From: Chitinophaga pinensis
GTDB taxonomy: Bacteria; Bacteroidota; Bacteroidia; NS11-12g; UBA955
Reading direction: 5' to 3'
Length of the DNA stretch: 64,000 nt
Assembly: GCA_945877575.1 (NCBI GenBank)
Contig: CAMDUE010000002.1
Location: forward strand, 197,861-261,860
The notes under the pieces were generated by a model. The model was not told where the DNA came from and made no database searches. It saw only the letters and a list, made by a program, of their open reading frames with translations. The translations under genes were made by a program, and so were the position numbers. Shown here in pieces: positions 1 through 10,874 of this stretch (positions are counted from its first letter, which is position 1; each line of letters opens with the position of its first letter).

Positions 1-198
1 TCTTATTCAGCAAAGAATATATACCGTTACAAGGGCAATACTAACGTGAATTTGTTAAAGAGAATTATTTGGTTTAGATTATTCAATTTGACATTTAAAC
101 AATTTAAATATAAAAATTATGTTACTGGAGTTGAGAACATTATTTTTTTATTTAGGAAAATAAGATGGGTGTTTAGAAGCAATCAAATTGAATCATAG
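1..198 (+). CDS. 3' end of upstream polysaccharide-locus gene (partial, probably a glycosyltransferase)
   Basis: Frame 1 is open from base 1 to TAG at 196-198 (..FRKIRWVFRSNQIES*) and overlaps the next start. Product inferred from context only. Confidence 0.5.
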   Translation, partial: SYSAKNIYRYKGNTNVNLLKRIIWFRLFNLTFKQFKYKNYVTGVENIIFLFRKIRWVFRSNQIES

Positions 199-1324
199 AA
201 TTATTTTAGTATTGCCTGCTCCCATCAATATGGTTGAAACCTTTATAAAAGCTTTAATTTTAGGTTTTAGGGAAAAGAAAAAAATTGACATTATCACAAT
301 TTACCCATCAACAAAACTGACTAAAAACAAATTTTTTTCAATTATTAGGGTTCCAATTTATTTGACAAGGGTATTACTTTTTTTGAAAGGTAATCAAAAC
401 AAGAATCCGTTTAAAAAAATGATACAAGTTTATATCAATCTGGAAATCTTAACTTCTAGAAAAATTGATGTGGTTCATTATTTATTTTCAAATTTAGCGG
501 TAGGAAGAGAAAACTTGGCTGATATTATTGGTGCAAAAAATTCAATTGGTTTGAGGGGTTATGATATTACATTTTATGCTATAAATCATCCTGAAGTTTA
601 TTCCGAATTGTTTTGGAATAGCATTGACTCAATCCAAACTAATTCACAAGATTTATATCAATGGGCACTTAAATGGGGAGCATCCTTAAAAACCCCTGTT
701 TCAACTATAAATGCTGCCGTAGACGATTCGTTTATACTTCCAATTGAGAATAAAAGCGTCAAAGCTTCAATTAATCAAATAAATTTGGTTTTTGTTGGAA
801 GATTGCACTGGAAAAAAGGATTGGATATGCTGATTAAGGTTTTCGTCAAACTTTTTAAAAGTCACAACGCTAAATTAGTAATAATTGGAGAAGGACCGGA
901 ACGCGAAAAACTCCAATTTCTTATTTCGAAATTTGAATTAAGGGAAAGTGTTACAATTACAGGCAAATTAGAGCAAACCGAAATTTTAAAAAAATTGGAT
1001 GAATCTGATATACTATTGGCCCCCAGTATTCAAGAGGGTTGTAGCAATGTGGTTTTGGAAGCGCAAGCTAGGGGTGTGTTTTGTATTGTGTCGGATGCAG
1101 AGGGTATGAATGAAGTTATTGAGGATCAAAAGACTGGAGTTATTTGTGAAATGTGGGAAGATCAATTATGGATTGAAGCAATATTAGAGTATGTAAGCTT
1201 AAATCAAAATACTAGGAAGGAAATAGCTGAATATTCAATCAATCGAGTATCGAAAAATTTCACTCGGTCAAAACAAATAGAAAAGTGGGAAAACTATTTT
1301 AATGAATTATGTTCGATTTCTTAA
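188..1324 (+). CDS. GT4 glycosyltransferase (WcaL-like)
   Basis: FVGRLHWKKG and EGCSNVVLEAQARG (E-x7-E) GT-B motifs; RGYDI; TTG start. Confidence 0.88.
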   Translation: MNHRIILVLPAPINMVETFIKALILGFREKKKIDIITIYPSTKLTKNKFFSIIRVPIYLTRVLLFLKGNQNKNPFKKMIQVYINLEILTSRKIDVVHYLFSNLAVGRENLADIIGAKNSIGLRGYDITFYAINHPEVYSELFWNSIDSIQTNSQDLYQWALKWGASLKTPVSTINAAVDDSFILPIENKSVKASINQINLVFVGRLHWKKGLDMLIKVFVKLFKSHNAKLVIIGEGPEREKLQFLISKFELRESVTITGKLEQTEILKKLDESDILLAPSIQEGCSNVVLEAQARGVFCIVSDAEGMNEVIEDQKTGVICEMWEDQLWIEAILEYVSLNQNTRKEIAEYSINRVSKNFTRSKQIEKWENYFNELCSIS

Positions 1325-2625
1325 AATATATTCAACCTGCTAATTATTATAGATTGATAGGCCAAATGCCACTAGCAGTTTTGTGCGATGTATTAGTGAA
1401 TGTTCCAGATTCAAATCCATACAGAACTGAAAAGGCATGGATATTAGACAGGCTATATAATAGCTTACAATCTGGAATCATTCCAACAGTGGGGCAGGTA
1501 CGAAATCCAATACAAAATGTGATTATCACAGATGTATTTGACAATTACACATTTATCAGAAGGTATTTCTCAGTAGTTCAAGTTTTCTACGTATTTTGTG
1601 TTCGGCTAATAAGTTTCAAAAATCCATTGAAAGAGATTTTCGGATTGATGAATGCATTATGGAAGGTAAAGAGAGAAATATTAGTACCTATTCTTTACGG
1701 AGATTGGGATCATTTTCAAAGCAAAATTCTTAAAGAAAAACCACTAGTATCAGTTATTATACCGACCCTCAATCGTTATGATTATTTGAAGGATGTTTTA
1801 GCGGATTTACTGCTTCAGGACTATCAAAACTTTGAAGTAATCGTGGTGGATCAATCAGAGCCGGTGAATGAGTCATTCTATGAGAACTGGAAACTCAATA
1901 TTCAATTGATCCAACAAGAAGAAAAAGCTTTATGGTTAGCCCGGAATAGGGCAATTAAACAATCAAAAGGAGAATATATTTTGCTTTTTGACGATGATTC
2001 GAGAGTAGAACCTAATTGGATAGAGAATCATGTTAAATGTTTGGAGTTTTTTGAGGTGAAAATTTCTGCTGGTGTGACACATACCCTGATAGGAGGAGGT
2101 TTGGGAAAAAAAGACCATAATTTTCATCTAAGTGATGTTTTTGATACGGGCAATGCGATGGTTCACCGTTCTGTTTTTGAAAAAGTAGGTTTGTTTGACC
2201 GTCAGTTTGAAAAACAGCGAATGGGAGATTCTGAATTTGGATTGCGTTCTCTATTGGGGGGATATAATTTAATTTCAAATCCTTATGCCAAAAGAATTCA
2301 CTTAAAAGTGGAAACGGGCGGTCTTCGTCAAATGGGCAGTTGGGATGCGCTTAGACCCAAGTCGTTATTTGCTCCAAGGCCTGTGCCCAGTGTGTTATAT
2401 TTGATTAGGAAATATTACGGGAATCAAGAGGCTATTCTCTATTTAATCAAGAATATTCCACAGTCTTATATGCCCTATAAATTTAAGAAAAACAAAATTA
2501 TGAGATTGACTTATGGTTTTATTTTTCCTTTGTTTTTGCCAATTGCATTTGTGGCTGTTGTTAGATCTTGGAATTTAGCAACTGATAAAATTGAAAAAGG
2601 TCAATCGATAGCCCAATTAAATTGA
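1309..2625 (+). CDS. GT2 glycosyltransferase with N-terminal extension
   Basis: VSVIIPTLNR, VIVVDQS, ARNRAI, LLFDDD (DxD). Confidence 0.9.
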   Translation: MFDFLKYIQPANYYRLIGQMPLAVLCDVLVNVPDSNPYRTEKAWILDRLYNSLQSGIIPTVGQVRNPIQNVIITDVFDNYTFIRRYFSVVQVFYVFCVRLISFKNPLKEIFGLMNALWKVKREILVPILYGDWDHFQSKILKEKPLVSVIIPTLNRYDYLKDVLADLLLQDYQNFEVIVVDQSEPVNESFYENWKLNIQLIQQEEKALWLARNRAIKQSKGEYILLFDDDSRVEPNWIENHVKCLEFFEVKISAGVTHTLIGGGLGKKDHNFHLSDVFDTGNAMVHRSVFEKVGLFDRQFEKQRMGDSEFGLRSLLGGYNLISNPYAKRIHLKVETGGLRQMGSWDALRPKSLFAPRPVPSVLYLIRKYYGNQEAILYLIKNIPQSYMPYKFKKNKIMRLTYGFIFPLFLPIAFVAVVRSWNLATDKIEKGQSIAQLN

Positions 2626-3728
2626 AAAACAAAATTCTATTGGTAGCAAGCGAATTTCCTCCAGGCCCTGGAGGAATTGGGCATCATGCTTGGTTTTTGG
2701 CTAAAGAGTTAGCAAAAAGAGAGTTGATACATATCGAGGTTTTATGTCCTAAAGATTATGCCTCAGAGACAGATGTGTTGAAATTCGATGAGGTATCACC
2801 GTTTAAAATCCATCGATTTAGTAGGATAAAAGGGATAACATATCTACTTAGAATTTTCAAATTAAGTAAGCTTCTATTTGGAAATTCATTCACTCATTTT
2901 ATATCTAGCGGTAAATTTGCACTTTGGTTAATCTGGATTCAGAAAATTTTCGCTAGTAAGGCTAAAACACTCTGTATTCTTCACGGTTCTGAAGTTAATT
3001 TATCCAATAATTTACTTAGAGCATTTACCCACTCATCTATTTCTAAGTTTAATACCATTATTTCCGTTTCAAACTTTACGCAAAGTTTATTACCTAAATG
3101 GATTTTAGAAAATGAACAGCGTTTGCATGTTATTCCAAATGGATTGGATAAAAGTGATTTTGTTTTTAGCAATAATATTGTACTAAAGGGGGTACCTGCA
3201 CTTTTAACGGTGGGCCATGTATCACCACGAAAGGGCCAACATCGCTTGATTAAAGCATTGCCTAAACTAATTAAACAATTTCCCCAAATACACTATCATA
3301 TTGTAGGAAGACCTATCAATCAAAAGGTGCTAGAGGCATTAGCTAGAAAGTTGGGTGTTGAATCGCAAATTACATTCCATGGAAGTGTTAAGCAACACAA
3401 AGATTTGTGGGACTACTATCGTGCGGCGGATATTTTTGTATTGCTAAGTGAAAATCAGCCCAATGGAGATGTGGAAGGTTTTGGTATTGTGGCTTTGGAG
3501 GCTAATGCCTGTGGTACACCTGTTTTGGGGGCAATGTATTGTGGGGTCGAGGAGGCTGTGAAGCAAAAAGAGTCCGGTTTTTTGGTTGACGGTGATAATG
3601 ATGATGAGATTTATCAGGGAATTCAATTTTGTGTTTCCAATCAAAGTAACCTTCAACAGAAATGTATAGATTGGGCAGAACAGCATAATTGGTCAAGAAT
3701 AAGTGAAAGTTTCATTGAATGCCTTTAA
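2622..3728 (+). CDS. GT4 glycosyltransferase (PimB-like)
   Basis: EFPPGPGGI, PNG, TVGHVSPRKG, EGFGIVALEANACG. Confidence 0.9.
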   Translation: MKNKILLVASEFPPGPGGIGHHAWFLAKELAKRELIHIEVLCPKDYASETDVLKFDEVSPFKIHRFSRIKGITYLLRIFKLSKLLFGNSFTHFISSGKFALWLIWIQKIFASKAKTLCILHGSEVNLSNNLLRAFTHSSISKFNTIISVSNFTQSLLPKWILENEQRLHVIPNGLDKSDFVFSNNIVLKGVPALLTVGHVSPRKGQHRLIKALPKLIKQFPQIHYHIVGRPINQKVLEALARKLGVESQITFHGSVKQHKDLWDYYRAADIFVLLSENQPNGDVEGFGIVALEANACGTPVLGAMYCGVEEAVKQKESGFLVDGDNDDEIYQGIQFCVSNQSNLQQKCIDWAEQHNWSRISESFIECL

Positions 3729-4858
3729 TTGGAAAGAAATTAGTAATAATTAGTCATACTTTACACGCCATCAATGAGCGCAGTGAGGTTGTAGGTTGGG
3801 GGCCAACGGTGGCAGAAATAAATTATTTGTCTGACCATTGGAGCGATGTTGTACATGTGGCATGTTTCGGTCAAGAAAATGCCAATGCAAGTATGAAAAG
3901 TTATTCCAATAAAAATATTCGATTTAGCCCAATTCCCACTTTTGGTGGTTTAAGAATAATTGATAAGGTTTCGGTGTTTACAAATGCATTTACCGTTATC
4001 CGAGTAATACTAAAAGAATTAAAAGGAGCGAGTCACGTGCAGATTCGTGTACCAATGGGTATTGGGGTATATGTTTTACCTTTATTCCTTTTTATACCTA
4101 GGAAATTCACTTTGTGGGTCAAATATGCCAATAATTGGGGGCATGTTTCTAGTTCATTAGGGTATCGTTTTCAGCGGTGGTTTTTAGAAAAGAAGTTTTT
4201 GAATTGCGCTGTAACAATAAATGGATTTTGGCCAAATCAAAAGAAGCACTTACAGAGCTTTGAAAATCCATGCATAACAGAAGAACAGAATAAAATAGGC
4301 CAATTAATAAATAAAGAGTTTGATAAAGAATTTAAAGTGGTTTTTGCGGGTCGAATAGATTCTGAAAAGGGCTTGGACTTCTTATTAGAGATAATTCCAA
4401 AGCTCCCCAATGAAAAAATACAAGAATGGGTATTTATTGGTGATGGATCATTAAGAGAAAAACTAGAAATTGAATTTAAAAAGGTGAACATCAACACTAG
4501 ATTTTTGGGATTTGTGGAACAAGAATTAGTTCATAAAGAACTTCAAGAAGCACATTTTCTCGTATTACCTAGCAAATCGGAGGGATTTCCCAAAGTAGTT
4601 GCTGAAGCTTGGAACTACGGTTGTATACCCATTTGCAGTGCAGTTGGAAGCATTCCTCATTATCTGGAAAATGAAAAAAACGGGTTCTTAATGAGCGAAT
4701 TAAATTCTATTTCTTTGCTTCAGACCATTAATGTTGCATTTTTTTTGAATTCAAAGGAATTGAAAAAAATAGCGAAAAATGGCTCTATTGGATCAACTGA
4801 ATTTAGATTTGAAAATTATTTAAAGAATCTGGAGGAAAAGATATTTCATGGTAATTGA
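3719..4858 (+). CDS. GT4 glycosyltransferase
   Basis: FAGRIDSEKG, LPSKSEGFPKVVAEAW. Confidence 0.88.
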   Translation: MPLIGKKLVIISHTLHAINERSEVVGWGPTVAEINYLSDHWSDVVHVACFGQENANASMKSYSNKNIRFSPIPTFGGLRIIDKVSVFTNAFTVIRVILKELKGASHVQIRVPMGIGVYVLPLFLFIPRKFTLWVKYANNWGHVSSSLGYRFQRWFLEKKFLNCAVTINGFWPNQKKHLQSFENPCITEEQNKIGQLINKEFDKEFKVVFAGRIDSEKGLDFLLEIIPKLPNEKIQEWVFIGDGSLREKLEIEFKKVNINTRFLGFVEQELVHKELQEAHFLVLPSKSEGFPKVVAEAWNYGCIPICSAVGSIPHYLENEKNGFLMSELNSISLLQTINVAFFLNSKELKKIAKNGSIGSTEFRFENYLKNLEEKIFHGN

Positions 4859-6212
4859 AGGAATGGCCACCGAAAAGAGGAATTTACTATGGACTATAGC
4901 TCATATAGTATTAGGCTTTTTGTGTACAATTACTCCTTTTTCTTTAATAATTTGGTTTTATTTTATATTAATAACAAATATTGGTAAGAGTTTAAATCTT
5001 TTATCTCAAAAGAAAGCTGTATTTTTTTTGTCGTTATTCTCATATCTTATTTCGTTTGAAGTATTAGATAGAATGGCAAAGACTTCACCATTCATTCCAT
5101 ACGAATTGGGAAAGTACTTTTTAGTTTTAATGGGTATAATGGGTGTTTATTTTTTTGGAGTTCGTTCTAAAAAGGGTGTTTGGATGATAATATTAATAAC
5201 ACCTGCTTTGTTTTATGATTTTAGTGGACTCAGAAATTATTACGATATTATCAATTATTATTTGGGTCCACTAGCCGTTGGTTTAGGTATTGCTTTTGCT
5301 GACCGCCTCCTAATTTCTAAAATTGCATTGAACCAAATCTTGAAATTCATTTTTTGGGGTTGTTTAGCTAGTCTAACATATACATATATTAAAACTCCAG
5401 ATTTTGAGGATATAACATTTAAACTAGGGGCGAATTTTGAAACTACCGCAGGCCATTCTTCTAATCAGGTTTCTACCGTGCTAGGATTGGGAATGTTTTT
5501 GACATTTTATAGTGTTTTCAATAAGTTAAACTTTTCCGGGAATCGAATTTTCGATGGAATTATTTTATCAGGATTTACTTTCCAGGGATTGTTGAGTTTT
5601 TCCCGTGGAGGAATGATGGTAGGCGCTTTAGGTATTGTTTTGCTTATGCTTTTACCACTAAGAAAACAAAATAGAATTTTACTTAAACAAGAGAGAAGTT
5701 CTCAACGATCATTAATTTTTGGGTTTATATTAATCGTAGTTTTATATGGAGTATTCGAAGTAGCAAATTCAATTACTGGAGGGAATCTCCTATTAAGGTA
5801 TCAAGGTGAAACTCAAGGGACCTTATTGGGAACAAAAGAGGTAACAGCTGATCATTTTTTAACTGGACGCCTGGGTATTTTTGAAAAGGACCTTAAATTA
5901 TGGTTAGAAAATCCAATTACTGGGGTTGGTCTTGGAGTATCTAATTATTTGAGAGATCCTGAAAGAATTATGGCGGCACACGTAGAGATTTCACGTTTAT
6001 TTGCAGATCATGGCGTTCTTGGTGTGATATTCGCTTATATGTTTTTTACAATTCCATTTTCTAGTTGGAATCTAAATAAAAATAGTTTACATCGAAATAT
6101 AATTTTTATTTTGTTAGTTGTTTCAACTTTAACAACATTTCATGCTGCTATGAGAACTTTTGTTACGCCTTTATTTATGATCTTTGGAGTTTTGAAAATA
6201 AAAGAAAATTGA
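4848..6212 (+). CDS. O-antigen ligase/Wzy polymerase family membrane protein
   Basis: Many TM helices; SFSRGG, TGRLGIF, PITGVGLG, AAH motifs of the Wzy_C-type loop. Confidence 0.8.
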   Translation: MVIEGMATEKRNLLWTIAHIVLGFLCTITPFSLIIWFYFILITNIGKSLNLLSQKKAVFFLSLFSYLISFEVLDRMAKTSPFIPYELGKYFLVLMGIMGVYFFGVRSKKGVWMIILITPALFYDFSGLRNYYDIINYYLGPLAVGLGIAFADRLLISKIALNQILKFIFWGCLASLTYTYIKTPDFEDITFKLGANFETTAGHSSNQVSTVLGLGMFLTFYSVFNKLNFSGNRIFDGIILSGFTFQGLLSFSRGGMMVGALGIVLLMLLPLRKQNRILLKQERSSQRSLIFGFILIVVLYGVFEVANSITGGNLLLRYQGETQGTLLGTKEVTADHFLTGRLGIFEKDLKLWLENPITGVGLGVSNYLRDPERIMAAHVEISRLFADHGVLGVIFAYMFFTIPFSSWNLNKNSLHRNIIFILLVVSTLTTFHAAMRTFVTPLFMIFGVLKIKEN

Positions 6213-7237
6213 ATAACAGAAAAAGAGTATTATTCATTGGAGCCATAAATGAAAATAATTTACCCTTGGGGGGGGAGGAATACAAGAACCAGTTGATTTT
6301 AACAAAATTAAAAGCGGAAAAAGTCAGTTTATTTTATATCGACACTTTTAATTGGAAAAAATCTTTTACAATAATAACTATTTTATTTTGGAAATTATTA
6401 TTTAGTAGTTTTGATTCCATTTTTATTTCAGCCTCTTCGGTATCCACGTATCGGTTACTCTTTGTTTTGTCTATTATAAAACCCTCAGTGCTTAGTAAGA
6501 TAACATATGCCGTCATTGGGGGCTATTTGCCGGAAGCAATTGAAAAAGGTATTTTTAAGGTTAAAGTTTATAAAGTTTTGCATTCAATTATTGTTGAAGG
6601 AAATTTATTGAAATCCAAGTTATGTAAATTTATAGAAGCAGATAGGATAAAGGTAATCCCCAATTTCAAGGAATTTCCTTCACTCGAGTATGTTTCAACA
6701 AATAAAAGTAATTCCATTAAATTCGTCTATTTAGGTCGAATATCAGATTCAAAAGGGGTATCAGAAATAATAAGGGCATCTAAGGAAATCAAAACGTTAA
6801 GGCCAGAATTATCATTCATAATTGATTTTTATGGTCCATTAGAAGAAGATTTTGCATTTGAAGACCCCTGTAATTACATTGGATATTTAGATTTTATCAA
6901 TGAGCCTGAGAAGTCATATGCTCAATTGAATAAATACGACTGTATGTTATTTCCAACTTTTTGGAAGGGTGAAGGTTTTCCTGGAGTAATTGTAGATGCG
7001 TTTATAGCAGGGTTACCTGTTATCGCAACACATTGGAACATGAATGTTGAAATAATACAAGATGGTATTAACGGTTTTATCATTCCACCCAATGATATCA
7101 ATAGATTAACTGAAAAAATGTTATGGGTAGTTGATAATATTCATGCAATGAATATAATTCGTGAGAATAATTTAGAGCAAGCGAAAGAATATCATATTGA
7201 TAAAGTGTGGCCTGAACTTTTCAAACATGTTTTATAA
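6209..7237 (+). CDS. GT4 glycosyltransferase
   Basis: YLGRISDSKG, EGFPGVIVDAFIAGLP. Confidence 0.87.
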   Translation: MNNRKRVLFIGAINENNLPLGGEEYKNQLILTKLKAEKVSLFYIDTFNWKKSFTIITILFWKLLFSSFDSIFISASSVSTYRLLFVLSIIKPSVLSKITYAVIGGYLPEAIEKGIFKVKVYKVLHSIIVEGNLLKSKLCKFIEADRIKVIPNFKEFPSLEYVSTNKSNSIKFVYLGRISDSKGVSEIIRASKEIKTLRPELSFIIDFYGPLEEDFAFEDPCNYIGYLDFINEPEKSYAQLNKYDCMLFPTFWKGEGFPGVIVDAFIAGLPVIATHWNMNVEIIQDGINGFIIPPNDINRLTEKMLWVVDNIHAMNIIRENNLEQAKEYHIDKVWPELFKHVL

Positions 7238-8531
7238 TAGAATTTTAGAAAGAATTATACTGCCAATTGGTGATACTATTTTTGGGGGGCAATATATAAA
7301 ATCCATAAAATTAACAGAACAAATTCTTAGTCAAAACAGACAATTCATCCTTAATTTACAACGGAAAAATTTAATTGAGATTTTAACTTTAGCGCGGCAA
7401 AAGAGTGTATATTATAAACGTCTTCCAATTGAATTTCAAAACGATCCATTTAAACAATTAAGCGCTTTTCCACTGCTTACGAAAGATAATATCCGTTCAA
7501 ATTATGAGGAATTACTAACTAAGAAATCTGGACTAATAAAGAATAGTACGAGTGGTTCTACTGGCATACAAACAGAAATATATATAGATAAACAAGAACA
7601 AAGTTTAATCCGAGCAATTCAAACAATTTGGTGGAAATGGGCAGGATACCAAATAGGCACACCTATGTTACAAACAGGGCTTGGTACAACTCGTTCGTTC
7701 GAAAAAAGACTAAAAGATTTTTTCTTTCAAACATATTATCAATTTGCGTTTGGCCTTACAACAGAAAACACCTACGATGGGTTAAATTGGGCAAAAAAGA
7801 AGAAATCATTTCTAGGTGGTTACGCATCAAGCTTATTTGTATTAGCCGAAATTGCCGAAGGGCAAAAGATTAAGTTGAAATCTGCCGTATCATGGGGTGA
7901 TAAACTTTTTGATCATTACAAGAAAAAAATTGAAACGGTATTTAGTTGCAGGGTATACGAAACTTATGGAACGGGTGAAGGCCTGATGTTAGGGGCTCAA
8001 AAAGATTTGGATTATTTATACATTATGGATCCTTATTTTATTGTTGAGATATTAGATGATAATGGAAATGAAGTAGTTGATGGAGAAATTGGACATGTGG
8101 TAGTTACAAGTCTTATACATAAAACAATGCCATTAATTAGATATAAAGTAGGTGATTTAGCAATTAAATTACCATCGAATCTTTATCCCTTAAAACAAGA
8201 TTTGGCATTAGGATTATTTCAAAAAATAATAGGTAGGGAAACAGATATAATAACAACCCCATCAGGACGTAAATTAATTGTTCATTCATTTACAGGTGTT
8301 TTTGAGTATTTCTCAGAAATAAAACAGTTTCAAGTGGTACAAAAGAAAAATGATACAGCTATTACAATTAACTATATTGAAGGCATGAATTTCAGGAACA
8401 AAGTTTTAAAAGACATCCATGAAAAGCTCAATCACTTAGCAAATGAACAGTTAATGATTACTTTCAATCAAGTCTACGAAATTAAAAACTCAAAATCAGG
8501 CAAGCCTCAAATTGTTGTGATCGTCGATTGA
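7227..8531 (+). CDS. Phenylacetate-CoA ligase-like adenylate-forming enzyme (CapK family)
   Basis: STSGSTG P-loop, YETYG, MPLIRYKVGD, GRETD, SGK. ATG at 7227 preferred over the ORF-track start at 7197. Confidence 0.85.
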   Translation: MFYNRILERIILPIGDTIFGGQYIKSIKLTEQILSQNRQFILNLQRKNLIEILTLARQKSVYYKRLPIEFQNDPFKQLSAFPLLTKDNIRSNYEELLTKKSGLIKNSTSGSTGIQTEIYIDKQEQSLIRAIQTIWWKWAGYQIGTPMLQTGLGTTRSFEKRLKDFFFQTYYQFAFGLTTENTYDGLNWAKKKKSFLGGYASSLFVLAEIAEGQKIKLKSAVSWGDKLFDHYKKKIETVFSCRVYETYGTGEGLMLGAQKDLDYLYIMDPYFIVEILDDNGNEVVDGEIGHVVVTSLIHKTMPLIRYKVGDLAIKLPSNLYPLKQDLALGLFQKIIGRETDIITTPSGRKLIVHSFTGVFEYFSEIKQFQVVQKKNDTAITINYIEGMNFRNKVLKDIHEKLNHLANEQLMITFNQVYEIKNSKSGKPQIVVIVD

Positions 8532-9724
8532 AAATAATTTATCTATATCAATATTTTGGCACTCCACAGGGGTCATGGTCAACCAGGGTCTATGAGTTTA
8601 CTAAGAGATGGGTTGAACTTGGGCATGAAGTAACTGTAGTTACATCACCCTATGACAAGTCAGATATTAAGGCTCAAAAATTCATTGAAAGATCCAAAAT
8701 TGAAGGTATCAACATAATCGTAATTAATGCAGGAGATAGTAATAGATATACCGTATTGAAAAGAGCCTTAAACGCCATTCTTTTTTCAATGATAAGTAGT
8801 TATTACGCAATTTTTATTAAAGCTGACGTAATAATTGCTAGTTCGGGACCAATCACTATTGGAATACCGGGTTTATTCGGTAAATGGTTTAGCAAAAAAA
8901 AGTTGGTTTTTGAGATTCGAGATTTATGGCCTTTAGGAGCTATTGAAATGGGTTTGATAAATCCGCTATTAGGGAAAATAGGATTAGAATTTGAAAAGTT
9001 AATTTATTCTCAGTCCACATTCCTAGTAACTTGCTCAATTGGCATGGAAAATAACATAAAGCGGAGATTTCCCAATATAGATTGTATAACAATACCAAAT
9101 GTGGCGAACGAAGAATTAATTAATAACTCTGAATTTGAAAATGACTTTTATTTTCCTTGTTGGTTAGACATTAAAAAACACAAAGTCTTTTTATACGCAG
9201 GTTCTATTGGTCGAATGGATGCCGTTGAAGAAGTAATACATGCTTTTTTTAATGGCCAAATTCCGAAAGAAATGAAAATAGTAATCATTGGGGAAGGCGT
9301 CGATAAAATCTACTTAGAACAATTGGTTAGAGAAAAACAATTAGAAAATTCAATTTACTTTTTGGGATTATTGCCAAAAACAGAAGTTGTTCAGTGGTAT
9401 AAAATAGCTGCGTTTTCATTTGTTTTATTCAAGGATTATCCTGTTTTAAGCACAAGTTCACCCAATAAGTTATTTGATTCAATTGCATATGGTGTACCAA
9501 TTATTCATAATACAACTGGTTGGATTAAGGACTTGGTTGATGATGAAAATATTGGTATTTCTGTGAAACCAAATTCGCCTCAAATGATGAATGAAGCTTT
9601 ACAACAGGCTATTGATAATTTGCATGAATATCGAAATGCTTTAAATCTTGTAAAAGCACGTTATTCAATTCAAACCATTGCCTTAAATTATGAAAACAAA
9701 CTTAAATCGTTAACCATTGCTTAA
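8528..9724 (+). CDS. GT4 glycosyltransferase (WbuB-like)
   Basis: YQYF, FEIRDLWP, YAGSIG, SPNKLFD. Confidence 0.88.
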   Translation: MKIIYLYQYFGTPQGSWSTRVYEFTKRWVELGHEVTVVTSPYDKSDIKAQKFIERSKIEGINIIVINAGDSNRYTVLKRALNAILFSMISSYYAIFIKADVIIASSGPITIGIPGLFGKWFSKKKLVFEIRDLWPLGAIEMGLINPLLGKIGLEFEKLIYSQSTFLVTCSIGMENNIKRRFPNIDCITIPNVANEELINNSEFENDFYFPCWLDIKKHKVFLYAGSIGRMDAVEEVIHAFFNGQIPKEMKIVIIGEGVDKIYLEQLVREKQLENSIYFLGLLPKTEVVQWYKIAAFSFVLFKDYPVLSTSSPNKLFDSIAYGVPIIHNTTGWIKDLVDDENIGISVKPNSPQMMNEALQQAIDNLHEYRNALNLVKARYSIQTIALNYENKLKSLTIA

Positions 9725-10874
9725 TTCATTTTCTCGTAAAACCGCTTCAAATCAATTTATTCCTGAAATTGATGGACTCAGATTTTTGGCAATTATAACA
9801 GTTGTTTTTTATCATCTTAATACGGCATTATCAAAAGAAATTGGCACAGGTTTGCAGAATTCTTTGGAATTGATGGGTGGCGCAAAAAATACCTTATCAT
9901 TGGCTTGGTGGTGGATAAGGTTGGATTTGGGTGTTAAGGTCTTTTTTGCCTTAAGCGGATTTGTGTTGGCTCTTCCTTTTTTGAGATTTTATTTGGGAAA
10001 AACAGAACGAAATATAGAGCTAAAGGGTTATTTTCTGAGAAGGTTGACTCGTTTGGAACCACCTTTTATCATCAGCCTTATTGTTTTCTATTTAATTCAT
10101 TTATTTGTATTCCGTGCCGATGGTGTGGATTACCTGTATCATCTATTAGCAGGAATTGTGTATGGTCATGTTTTTATTTATGGTGAGCCAAATCCCATCA
10201 ATCCAGTTTCCTGGAGCTTAGAGACGGAAGCCCAGTTTTATTTGATTGTACCATTTATACTTTGGGTAGTATTTAGGTCCCAGAAAAAGTGGGTTTCGGG
10301 GTTGTGGATGCTTGTTTTTTTAGTATTTAGTATTTGGTTCAAACATGATTTCATTTGGAATGATTATTGGAACCGCTCAATTCCGTCATTCTTTATCAAT
10401 TTTGCAATGGGAATAATAGCTTGTTGGGTTTACTTGGAGAATTTAGAGTGGATCAAGCGAAAATCATATTTTTACGATGTGGTTGGTTTATTGTCTATGT
10501 TTGGATTGTTTTATTTCTACAAACCACAACATCACATTTTCAATATTGTGGCTTTTAATTTTTCATTGGTTATAGTATTGATTACCGCTTTTAAATCTTA
10601 TTTATTCAATTGGATATATACCCGAAAAATCATTTATACAATTGGAGGCATGTGTTACAGCATATACTTGCTGCATTATGCCTTTTTTCATTTAAGTGTT
10701 AAACTCACCAAAAAACTTTGGATTAATTCATTCGCTTACAATGAGAATCTTTTAATACAGTTATTGTTGAGCGTACCTTTGGTTTTGTTAATTTCTTCTA
10801 TCTTTTTTTTGCTGTTTGAAAGACCGTTTATGGATAAGAATTGGGTAAAAAATTTTACTAATAGATTTAATTGA
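9717..10874 (+). CDS. Acyltransferase-3 family (OafA-like) membrane O-acyltransferase
   Basis: IDGLRFLA, GVKVFFALSGF, RRLTRL, WSLETEAQFY, YSIYLLH, ERP. Confidence 0.92.
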   Translation: MLNSFSRKTASNQFIPEIDGLRFLAIITVVFYHLNTALSKEIGTGLQNSLELMGGAKNTLSLAWWWIRLDLGVKVFFALSGFVLALPFLRFYLGKTERNIELKGYFLRRLTRLEPPFIISLIVFYLIHLFVFRADGVDYLYHLLAGIVYGHVFIYGEPNPINPVSWSLETEAQFYLIVPFILWVVFRSQKKWVSGLWMLVFLVFSIWFKHDFIWNDYWNRSIPSFFINFAMGIIACWVYLENLEWIKRKSYFYDVVGLLSMFGLFYFYKPQHHIFNIVAFNFSLVIVLITAFKSYLFNWIYTRKIIYTIGGMCYSIYLLHYAFFHLSVKLTKKLWINSFAYNENLLIQLLLSVPLVLLISSIFFLLFERPFMDKNWVKNFTNRFN